A DNA stretch of 39,049 nt, taken from assembly GCA_017413305.1 (NCBI GenBank), contig JAFPUA010000158.1, forward strand, positions 1 through 39,049. Reading direction: 5' to 3'. Positions 15,654 through 22,678 of this stretch are shown here, piece by piece (position 1 is the first letter of the stretch; each line of letters begins with the position of its first letter). Position numbers and translations under genes: made by a program. Source of the stretch: Candidatus Ruminimicrobiellum caprinum (GTDB lineage Bacteria; Elusimicrobiota; Endomicrobiia; Endomicrobiales; Endomicrobiaceae). The notes below the pieces were generated by a model. It was not told the DNA's origin, made no database searches, and was given only the letters and a program-made list of their open reading frames with translations.

Positions 15654-16033
15654 TCCCTTTCATACTTACCGGAAGATAACAATGATTGAATTATACCGGT
15701 GACCGCTGATCTATCTTTTTCATCAAGCTTCATAAATAAAGAAGCAGCTTCAAGAGTTTCCCGCCCAAAGCATTCTTGAAACTTTTCAAGGGTTTCAACT
15801 TCTTTTTGAATTTTTAATTCTTCTTCCGTGGGTTCATCAAAACACATTAGTTCACATGGGGAAACCCCAAAGATTTCAGATAGGCGCTTTATAGTTGACC
15901 GCTTAATATTTTCAACCGTGCCTAATTCCCATTTGTTTACAGCAGCACGATTGACCCCGCAAAGTTTCCCTAATTCATCTTGTGAATACCCGTGTTGAAT
16001 TCTAAGCTGCTTGATGTATTCGCCCATTGTCAT
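15650..16033 (-). CDS. XRE-family HTH repressor (CI-like)
   Basis: The HTH is ...QHGYSQDELGKLCGVNRAAVNKWELG.... The start was chosen at the ATG at 16033 (MTMGEYIK) because the RBS aaaggggg lies upstream. The track ORF extends to 16075. Confidence 0.75.
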   Translation of the reverse strand: MTMGEYIKQLRIQHGYSQDELGKLCGVNRAAVNKWELGTVENIKRSTIKRLSEIFGVSPCELMCFDEPTEEELKIQKEVETLEKFQECFGRETLEAASLFMKLDEKDRSAVTGIIQSLLSSGKYERE

Positions 16034-16134
16034 AGGGCAAAACCCCCTTTCATGGTTGTATCTTGATTTTAACATATATTTTATTGAAGTTCAATTATTT
16101 TTGAAATTGTATCTTAAAAATATTAATTTACCTA

Positions 16135-16163
16135 TTGACAACTAAAAAGAGAAGTGTTATATT
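16135..16163 (+). promoter_or_regulatory. Early rightward promoter candidate (TTGACA-17-TGtTATATT)
   Basis: The -35 TTGACA is at 16135..16140, the spacer is 17 nt, and the -10 TATATT is at 16158..16163 with an upstream TG. Confidence 0.55.
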
Positions 16164-16183
16164 TGTATCGCAATCAGATACAA
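16163..16183. promoter_or_regulatory. Operator-like palindrome TTGTATC-N7-GATACAA
   Basis: Perfect 7-bp inverted arms abut the -10 element. The same TGTATC-N7-GATACA palindrome recurs at 18246..18264, and TTGTATC half-sites occur at 16056 and 16107. Confidence 0.5.
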
Positions 16184-16319
16184 GAAATTTTATCAGTATC
16201 TAAAAAGCGCACAATCCAAGTAATATTGCTAAATAAGAACAGAAACCAAGGATGAAACAAATACCCCCCCGCTGCTGCAACAGTGAGGGGGGAACGGAAA
16301 AAAAGAAAGGGGTATTTGA

Positions 16320-16949
16320 ATGATTAGCTTGCAACCCGTTATTGAACAGCTTGAAAACCTGTTTGAACACTTTAACAAACATTTCTTTGAAGGGAAGCTT
16401 CCCAAACCAGTTATCACGGTTAGCCCGGATGATACTTCATGTGGCGCTTATGGTTGGTGTACAACCTTTAAGATTTGGGCTGATAAGGCCGGGGCTAAAG
16501 AAGATGAAGGATATTATGAAATCAACCTTACTTCTGAAAACCTTTCTCGCCCTTATGAAGCTGTTGCCGGTACACTTCTTCATGAAATGGTACATCTTTA
16601 TAATCTGGAACAGAAAATTCAAGATTGTTCTCGAAAAGGCACTTACCACAATAAGAAATTCCGGGATGCTGCTATTGCACACGGCTTGAAGGTTGAACAA
16701 ACTGATAAATACGGTTGGAGCAAAACAAGCCTTACCGATGAAACCAAAGCTTACCTTGATACCCTTGGAGTAACTAAGTTTGATCTTTATCGGAAGCCCG
16801 TTCCCAAATTTGGAAAAGCTGCTTCAAAGAGCAATTCAAGAAAGTATGTTTGCCCGGATTGCGGCGCTATCGTGAGAGCAACCAAGGAAGTTCACATTAT
16901 TTGTGGTGATTGTGATACTGAATTTGTAGAAGAAACCGGGGAAGATTAA
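16320..16949 (+). CDS. SprT-like zinc metallopeptidase domain protein with C-terminal zinc ribbon
   Basis: HExxH in LLHEMVHLYN, and a C-terminal CPDCG...CGDC. Confidence 0.7.
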   Translation: MISLQPVIEQLENLFEHFNKHFFEGKLPKPVITVSPDDTSCGAYGWCTTFKIWADKAGAKEDEGYYEINLTSENLSRPYEAVAGTLLHEMVHLYNLEQKIQDCSRKGTYHNKKFRDAAIAHGLKVEQTDKYGWSKTSLTDETKAYLDTLGVTKFDLYRKPVPKFGKAASKSNSRKYVCPDCGAIVRATKEVHIICGDCDTEFVEETGED

Positions 16950-16982
16950 ACCCTTCCCCTTCTTCCAGAAAGGATATAATTA

Positions 16983-17171
16983 ATGGATAATTTTGAAAGA
17001 TGGGTAATTATCGGTGAAGATGGAAATGGGAAAATAAGTATCTTTTATAAAACCACGCTTCCCGGTGACCAATACACCCTTAACGAAGCTATCAAAGATA
17101 TTAAAACATTTGATGTAACTATACTTGCAGTTTTCCAAGAAAAAGATATTATCAGGCGTTGTCAATTATGA
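16983..17171 (+). CDS. Hypothetical protein
   Basis: 62-aa ORF with an RBS (gaaaggat) upstream. Confidence 0.3.
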   Translation: MDNFERWVIIGEDGNGKISIFYKTTLPGDQYTLNEAIKDIKTFDVTILAVFQEKDIIRRCQL

Positions 17172-17821
17172 AAGGAAAGGTGATCTTCATTAGGGTTTTA
17201 ATTGCTTGTGAAGAATCACAAGTAGTTTGTAAAGCTTTTCGGGAATTAGGGCATGAAGCATATAGTTGTGATCTGGAAGGGTGTTCCGGTGGTTACCCGG
17301 AATGGCACATTCAAGCGGATGCTTTAGAACTAATTAAAATCAAATGGGATTTGATAATTGCACACCCGCCGTGTACCTTCCTTAGTAATGCCGGGGCTTG
17401 CCGAATGTACCCACATAAAGGGGAAATTGATCTTGAACGGTATCAAAAAGCCCTTGAAGCAAAAGCCTTTTTCATACGGTTCTTAAATGCCGATTGCCCC
17501 CCGGATAGCGGTTGAAAATCCCCGCCCTTTGAAAGTGGTTGGATTACCGGAAGAAACGCAAAGAATACAACCTTATCAGTTTGGTGAACCTTTTTCAAAG
17601 TTAACTTATCTTTGGTTAAAAAATCCCCCCCCCTAATGCCGACAAAAATACTCAATTCTTATAAACCGTACGTTTCTTGTGGTACAAGTGCAAACAAAGG
17701 AAATCCAGATAAAGCCGGTGTTAGTCGTGCGGGTGGAGCGGCAAAAATTAGGTCAAAAACATTTCCCGGTGTAGCTAAAGCAATGGCGTTACAATGGGGA
17801 AATTTGGAAGGGGGTGTAAGT
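17159..17821 (+). pseudogene. C5 DNA cytosine methyltransferase-like gene broken into three frame segments at poly-C tracts
   Basis: Segment 1 (17159..17515) carries AHPPCTFLS (PC motif). Segment 2, in another frame, reads (IA)VENPRPL...IQPYQFGEPFSKLTYLWLKN. Segment 3 (from about 17633) reads PLMPTKIL...RSKTFPGVAKAMALQWG. The frame changes coincide with C6 (17497..17502) and C9 (17625..17633). Confidence 0.55.
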
Positions 17822-18019
17822 ATGAAGAAAATTAAAGTTGCTTGGATTGAACAGATTCTTGAATTTGATTCTGTTGAAGAAGCAACCGGGTACAGAAAAA
17901 GCTTGGAAACCGGTAGACCCCAAAAGTTCAAGATTCTTGATGAAAGAATCATTGAAAGTGGTAAGGTAGAAATCAGAATTAGAAAGCAGTATAACAACAA
18001 TGCTTTCCCGGATGATTGA
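17822..18019 (+). CDS. Hypothetical protein (internal ATG with its own RBS, in frame with the last methyltransferase segment)
   Basis: The RBS ggaaggggg lies 6 nt upstream of the ATG at 17822 (MKKIKVAWIEQ...). Homologous methyltransferase-like proteins, as I recall them, end near QWG. Confidence 0.3.
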   Translation: MKKIKVAWIEQILEFDSVEEATGYRKSLETGRPQKFKILDERIIESGKVEIRIRKQYNNNAFPDD

Positions 18020-18255
18020 AAGAAGGTGAACTAAAATTGAACAAGAAACTGTTAAGAAGTATCATGATTCTTCATGATGATAACAATGATCTGCTTGCCG
18101 CTGCATTGGGTATTACACCCCAAAGGCTTTCCGCTAAGATGAATGAAACCGGTGGAGCTGAATTCACACAGGGGGAAATCAAGATTATTGTTAAGCGTTA
18201 TAATCTTACCCCGCAACAGGTCATAGATATTTTTTTTAGTGAAGATGTATCTTAA
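18016..18255 (+). CDS. Small HTH regulator (DUF739/Cro-like)
   Basis: ...LAAALGITPQRLSAKMNETGGAEFTQGEIKIIVKRYNLTPQQVIDIFF resembles DUF739 phage regulators. The likely start is TTG at 18037, after the RBS agaaggtga. Confidence 0.5.
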   Translation: MKEGELKLNKKLLRSIMILHDDNNDLLAAALGITPQRLSAKMNETGGAEFTQGEIKIIVKRYNLTPQQVIDIFFSEDVS

Positions 18256-18264
18256 TTAGATACA
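18246..18264. promoter_or_regulatory. Second operator-like palindrome TGTATC-N7-GATACA
   Basis: Same arms as 16164..16182. It overlaps the stop of the 18016 ORF. Confidence 0.45.
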
Positions 18265-18278
18265 AAATTAAAGGAAGG

Positions 18279-18671
18279 ATGAATACCATGTTTAATGAAA
18301 TGCTGAAAACCGCTATGGAAGATGCCGGGATGAATGCAACCGCCCTTTCCGCTGCAACGGGAATTGGGAAATCTTCACTTAGTCAATATCTTTCCGGGAA
18401 AGTCATTCCCCCGGAAGGAAAGAAAAAACAGATTGCCCTTGCTATGGGGCTTGAAGCTGATTATTTCAAGAACAAACATCCTATTGAAATTAAGATTTCA
18501 AATCTTGCAGTTGAAACCGCTGCTAAGTTGATGGGAAAACCCGCCCGGTTTGTTTATCAGGGATTGCGGGAAGGTGTGCTTCCTTTTGGGTATGCCGTAA
18601 AGATGAAAGGAAGATGGAGTTATTACATTTCCCCGGTTAAGTTCACAGAATATACCGGGATTTCCATATAA
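18279..18671 (+). CDS. XRE-family HTH protein with a second C-terminal DNA-binding-like region
   Basis: The N-terminal HTH is ...MNATALSAATGIGKSSLSQYLSGK.... The C-terminal ...AAKLMGKPARFVYQGLREGVLPFGYA... looks excisionase/MerR-like. Confidence 0.6.
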   Translation: MNTMFNEMLKTAMEDAGMNATALSAATGIGKSSLSQYLSGKVIPPEGKKKQIALAMGLEADYFKNKHPIEIKISNLAVETAAKLMGKPARFVYQGLREGVLPFGYAVKMKGRWSYYISPVKFTEYTGISI

Positions 18672-18688
18672 GAAAGGAAGGTTCTGAA

Positions 18689-19630
18689 ATGGTCAAAGGT
18701 TATAAGGCTTTTGATAAAGATTGGGTTTGCCGCCCCTGTTCCGGTGTAAAGAAACAGTATTCTTGCCCCGGAATGTTTGAAACCACAACTAAACCTTCTG
18801 TTTGCAATCATGGAATGCACTTCTGCAAGGAACTGAAAGATGTGTTTGATTACTATTCCAATTCCCCGGAAGAAGTAAGGATTGCCGAAGTGATCGCACA
18901 TGGGGAAGTTGCAGAGCATGGGAACAAGTGCAGCACCAACAAACTTGAAGTTGTGCGGGAAATCCCATGGGAAGAAGTTTACCGCCTTGTGAATGAAGGA
19001 AAAGGCTGTTCTGGTATCTGCAACACCGGCGACTGCAACACCGGCAACCGGAACACCGGCGACTGCAACACCGGCAACCGGAACACCGGCGACTGGAACA
19101 CCGGCGACTGGAACACCGGCAACCGGAACACCGGCGACTGCAACACCGGCAACCGGAACACCGGCAACTGGAACACCGGCGACTGCAACACCGGCAACCG
19201 GAACACCGGCAACCGGAACACCGGCAACCGGAACACCGGCGACTGCAACACCGGCAACCGGAACACCGGCGACTGGAACAAAACAAGCTTTTCTTCCGGG
19301 TGTTTCTGTACAGAAGAACCGAAAATCATGATGTTCAATAAACCTTCTGATTGGACTATGAGAATGTGGTTTGAATCAGATGCCCGTTACATTCTGAATC
19401 AGATTCCTAAGAATGTTGTGGAATGGGTTTGGGAACAGGATATGACCGATGAAGAAAAGGCCGCTAATCCTTCCTATAAGACAACAGGCGGTTATTGCAG
19501 AATCCCGAATGAAAGCGAAAATGCACAACGCTTTTGGGATGGATTACCCGATAATCAGCGGGAAATCATTTATCAGCTTCCCAATTTTGATAAAGAAATC
19601 TTTGAAGCTTGCACCGGTATCAAAATTTAA
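18689..19630 (+). CDS. Pentapeptide-repeat protein (17 x NTG[DN][CRW]) with a Cys-rich N-terminal domain
   Basis: 313-aa ORF. The central region is NTGDC/NTGNR/NTGDW repeated 17 times, and an RBS (gaaaggaagg) lies upstream. Confidence 0.7.
   Translation: MVKGYKAFDKDWVCRPCSGVKKQYSCPGMFETTTKPSVCNHGMHFCKELKDVFDYYSNSPEEVRIAEVIAHGEVAEHGNKCSTNKLEVVREIPWEEVYRLVNEGKGCSGICNTGDCNTGNRNTGDCNTGNRNTGDWNTGDWNTGNRNTGDCNTGNRNTGNWNTGDCNTGNRNTGNRNTGNRNTGDCNTGNRNTGDWNKTSFSSGCFCTEEPKIMMFNKPSDWTMRMWFESDARYILNQIPKNVVEWVWEQDMTDEEKAANPSYKTTGGYCRIPNESENAQRFWDGLPDNQREIIYQLPNFDKEIFEACTGIKI
19022..19276 (+). repeat. 17 tandem 15-bp repeats (aacaccggcRacYgS) inside a CDS
   Basis: Exact 15-bp periodicity from 19022 to 19276. 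The units differ at only 3 positions. Confidence 0.9.
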
Positions 19631-19651
19631 GAAAGGAAGGTATTTCAAACA

Positions 19652-19810
19652 ATGAAAAATCCTAAATTCAAAGAAACCCACAAAGAGCGGGAGCAAACCA
19701 CAAACTATGCTCCGGACAAGCACAAGAAGTTTTGTGAACGGTGCTTTCTTCATAACGGTGGGTGCATTAACACCAAATCCAAGAAGATTGACCCGAATTG
19801 CAATCTGTAA
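19652..19810 (+). CDS. Small Cys-containing hypothetical protein (52 aa)
   Basis: Absent from the track (too short). RBS gaaaggaagg upstream. Sequence MKNPKFKETHKEREQ...FCERCFLHNGGCIN.... Confidence 0.4.
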   Translation: MKNPKFKETHKEREQTTNYAPDKHKKFCERCFLHNGGCINTKSKKIDPNCNL

Positions 19811-19826
19811 AAGGGGGGTGTGAAAA

Positions 19827-20033
19827 ATGAGTAGTGCAGTTAATCACCGGAAGCGCAGCCACAGAAGCAACGTAAAACACCTTTCCGCTGTCGGAAGCAT
19901 GAGCAGAACCCGCTATATCATTCAGGCACGGAAAACCGCCGCTAAACAGAGATTCAGCGTGAAGCGGTTCTTCCAGAAGATTATTCCCCAAATGGTGAAA
20001 AAGGCCGCTGTTGATGCCGTTAAACATGATTGA
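19827..20033 (+). CDS. Small, highly basic hypothetical protein
   Basis: 68 aa, rich in Arg and Lys. RBS aaagggggg upstream. Confidence 0.4.
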   Translation: MSSAVNHRKRSHRSNVKHLSAVGSMSRTRYIIQARKTAAKQRFSVKRFFQKIIPQMVKKAAVDAVKHD

Positions 20034-21351
20034 ACTGTATGAACACCAAAAGCGGGGTTTAGCTGAAACCGCCGATAAAAACCGGGTTGCCTATTATCTT
20101 GATATGGGGCTTGGTAAAACCTTTGTGGGTTCTGAAAAAGCTGCTTCCTTTCCGGAAAAAATTCTTGTGATTTGTCAACATTCAAAAATTCAAGATTGGA
20201 TTGAACACTTTAAGCAGTATTACCCCTTTACCGTGTTTGATCTTACAGAAAAGAAGCAGCTTACAGAATACCTTGTTACTATCGGGAAATGTGTTGGTGT
20301 TATCAATTATGATTTGGTGTTTAGAAGGTCAGATATAGCCCATATAAGCAACTTTACCTTGATGCTGGATGAATCTTCACTTATCCAAAACGAAACCGCT
20401 AAACGGTCAAAATTCATTCTAAAGCTTAATCCTAAAAATGTAATTCTTCTTTCTGGAACACCTACTTCCGGTAAGTATGAAAAGCTTTGGTCACAGCTTC
20501 ACCTATTGGGCTGGAATATTTCAAAGCAGCTTTATTATAAACAGTATGTTGTTCAAGAATGGATTGAAGATGGGGATTCCGGTTTTAGGATTCCGGTTGT
20601 AGTTGGTTATAAGAATGTTGACCGGCTGAAAGAAAAGCTTGCTTCTTATGGGGCGGTATTCATGAAAACAGAAGAAGCCTTTGATTTACCGGAACAGGTT
20701 GAAATACCAATTAAAGTTTCTGCTTCCAGTGATTACCGGCGATTCATGCGAAAAAGCCTTGTAACCGTGAACAAGCTGGATGTGAATGTTTCCGGGTTAA
20801 AAACAGGTATTGAAGCCGAATTGATTGGTGATACAAGCCTTACTAAGCGTTTATATGCCCGGATGCTATGCGGGATGTATTCGGTGAATAAGCTGCAAGC
20901 CTTTGAAGATTTGATTCAAGGAACTAATGAACGATTAATTGTGTTCTACAACTTCAAAGAAGAATTTCAACTTCTGCTTCAAATAGCCTTGAAACATGGA
21001 AAGAATGTTTCCTTTGTAAATGGTGATCGGAAAGACCTTGTTTGTTATGAACAGTTTGATGATTCGATTACCTTCATTCAGTATCAAGCCGGTGCAATGG
21101 GTTTGAATCTGCAAAAAGCAAATCAGGTTGTTTATTTCACCCTTCCAGAAAGACCGGATTTGTTTGAACAGTCAAAGAAACGGATTCACCGAATAGGCCA
21201 AGAAAAGCGGTGCTTTTACTATTATCTTCTTTGTGAAAACAGTGTTGAACTTGATATTCTGGAAAATCTCAAAATGCGGAAGGAATACAATGATGCACTT
21301 TTTCAAAAATACGATGAAGAAACCAAAAGAAAGGATGAAACCAATGGATGA
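20011..21351 (+). CDS. SNF2-family helicase
   Basis: Contains GLGKT, LMLDESS (DExx), SGTP, QAGAMGLNLQ and RIHRIGQ motifs. The start may be the ATG at 20014 or at 20026. Confidence 0.85.
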   Translation: MMPLNMIELYEHQKRGLAETADKNRVAYYLDMGLGKTFVGSEKAASFPEKILVICQHSKIQDWIEHFKQYYPFTVFDLTEKKQLTEYLVTIGKCVGVINYDLVFRRSDIAHISNFTLMLDESSLIQNETAKRSKFILKLNPKNVILLSGTPTSGKYEKLWSQLHLLGWNISKQLYYKQYVVQEWIEDGDSGFRIPVVVGYKNVDRLKEKLASYGAVFMKTEEAFDLPEQVEIPIKVSASSDYRRFMRKSLVTVNKLDVNVSGLKTGIEAELIGDTSLTKRLYARMLCGMYSVNKLQAFEDLIQGTNERLIVFYNFKEEFQLLLQIALKHGKNVSFVNGDRKDLVCYEQFDDSITFIQYQAGAMGLNLQKANQVVYFTLPERPDLFEQSKKRIHRIGQEKRCFYYYLLCENSVELDILENLKMRKEYNDALFQKYDEETKRKDETNG

Positions 21352-21676
21352 AGAAAAAAATGTTTTAAGTGATCTGGATTTGAACGATTTTCAAAAAACA
21401 TGGGATGAAATCTATGAAGAAACCAATACCCCGATACTTGAACCGGTAACGGTTTCCCATAGAAAACCCAAAAGCAGAAAGAAAGCTAAAACCGCTGCAA
21501 CGGTTATTAAAGCTGTTCTAATCGGTTTCTGTATGGGTTTCCTTCCTTATGTGCTGCTTAATCAGCAGACTAACCCCCGCCTTTGGGCTGTTCCACTTAC
21601 CCCGGTTGTGCTGTATCTGTTTTACAGCTTGATAACCGATTTGAAAGGATGGTTGAACAAAGATGAAGATTTGTAA
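21335..21676 (+). CDS. Membrane protein (two predicted TM helices)
   Basis: Internal ATG in the track ORF 21233..21676, chosen to limit overlap with the helicase. Hydrophobic segments are AATVIKAVLIGFCMGFLPYVLL and LWAVPLTPVVLYLFYSLI. Confidence 0.45.
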   Translation: MKPMDEEKNVLSDLDLNDFQKTWDEIYEETNTPILEPVTVSHRKPKSRKKAKTAATVIKAVLIGFCMGFLPYVLLNQQTNPRLWAVPLTPVVLYLFYSLITDLKGWLNKDEDL

Positions 21677-22109
21677 AGATGCGGTTCAATACGGTTCTGA
21701 TTGCGGGAAAACAATCTGTTGTTGTGAATGCCCGGAGTTTGGAACTTGCAAAACTGCTTGTGAGTTTGCCCCGGCTGATTGTGGAAATCTTGTAACAGAG
21801 GAAACCGCCCTTGAAACCTTCCAGAATACTAACCTTGCTGCTATTCAGCGAGTTACCAAGATTCTTGTTTTGAAGAAAAAGCTTGATGAACAGGAAGCGG
21901 AACTTAGAAAAGCCTTGGTTGAAGGTATGGAGAAATACGGTATTAAATTCTTTGAAAGTGACAAGTTGAAAATCACTTTCAAGGATGCTTATCAAAAATC
22001 CGGTGTTGATACTAAAAAGCTGAAAGCAGATTACCCGGATGTTTACCAAGCCTGTTACAAACCTTCCAATGTGAAAGCTTCTGTTGTGGTCAGTTTGAAA
22101 GATGGTTGA
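21663..22109 (+). CDS. Hypothetical protein with a Cys-rich N-terminus and a coiled-coil middle region
   Basis: 148-aa ORF with 9 Cys in the first 40 residues. Confidence 0.4.
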   Translation: MKICKDAVQYGSDCGKTICCCECPEFGTCKTACEFAPADCGNLVTEETALETFQNTNLAAIQRVTKILVLKKKLDEQEAELRKALVEGMEKYGIKFFESDKLKITFKDAYQKSGVDTKKLKADYPDVYQACYKPSNVKASVVVSLKDG

Positions 22110-22281
22110 ATTTCAAGCTGCTTATAACTGGTACAGATGCCGGGAATGTAAGAAGGTTTATCCCGCTGAATTCATAATCTTCTTCAATGAATGTGAGTAT
22201 AAGCCAAAGTTCCGGTTTTGTCCGAATTGCGGCAAACCAACAGAAGGGGGTGAATTTTATAGCAGCGGAAAAACAGTTTGA
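22102..22281 (+). CDS. Zinc-ribbon small protein (59 aa), or the N-terminal part of the VRR-NUC gene
   Basis: Absent from the track. Sequence MVEFQAAYNWYRCRECKK...FCPNCGKP, with two CxxC pairs. Its ATG overlaps the previous stop. Confidence 0.4.
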   Translation: MVEFQAAYNWYRCRECKKVYPAEFIIFFNECEYKPKFRFCPNCGKPTEGGEFYSSGKTV

Positions 22282-22678
22282 AAACCGGGTGAAGAAGTGG
22301 TTGCAGCAGCAAGGGATTTATCCCCTTGGTTATGCCGCTGATAAGATGGAGATTCCCCCCATTGGTTACTATGAAAAGCGGTGGGGCGGGGGTTATTCCA
22401 AAAAAGGGTTACCGGATATGCACCTTGTAGCAAATGGAATATCTGTTGATCTGGAACTAAAAGCCCCCAATGGTAAACCTTCTGATTTGCAGATACACAA
22501 TATCATTCAAATCAATCAAGCCGGTTCTATTGCGCTGCTTCTGTTCCCGGATGGATTTGAACAGTTCAAGGAAATCATGAAAGGGGTGATAAATTGCAAT
22601 TCAGTCATTCCGCTATTGAATGCTTTGAAAGCTGCAAACGCAAGTATAAATTGCGATACGTTGACAAGCTGGAAGTGA
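22250..22678 (+). CDS. VRR-NUC domain nuclease
   Basis: ...GLPDMHLVANGISVDLELKAPNGKPSDLQIHN... matches the VRR-NUC pattern (G.PD...E.K...G..S..Q). The start is uncertain (GTG at 22250; the track uses ATG at 22187). Confidence 0.6.
   Translation: MNFIAAEKQFENRVKKWLQQQGIYPLGYAADKMEIPPIGYYEKRWGGGYSKKGLPDMHLVANGISVDLELKAPNGKPSDLQIHNIIQINQAGSIALLLFPDGFEQFKEIMKGVINCNSVIPLLNALKAANASINCDTLTSWK

Noticed and set aside
16200-16417. Minus-strand ORFs (60 and 62 aa) in the early leader and at the start of the SprT-like gene
   Set aside because: They have no RBS and are antisense to the early operon. They include a C7/G6 hairpin region (about 16263..16292) rather than coding-like sequence.
18789-19338. 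Minus-strand ORFs (165 aa, 119 aa) and an alternative-frame plus ORF (18993..19331, PATGT repeats) over the 15-bp repeat array
   Set aside because: These are artefacts of the periodic repeat being open in several frames. The 313-aa plus-strand ORF has an RBS and non-repetitive flanking domains.
21597-22049. 150-aa minus-strand ORF (also 24509..24958 minus, 149 aa; 3118..3567 minus, 149 aa; 28552..28968 minus, 138 aa)
   Set aside because: Each is fully antisense to a plus-strand gene with recognisable motifs or tight operon packing. All supported genes outside 13.8-16.1 kb are on the plus strand.
22187-22249. ATG at 22187 as the start of the VRR-NUC gene
   Set aside because: It would overlap the zinc-ribbon ORF by about 95 nt, and the N-terminal extension (MNVSISQSSGFVRIAANQQK) looks non-native. 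A later start or a G-run frameshift fusion is more plausible.
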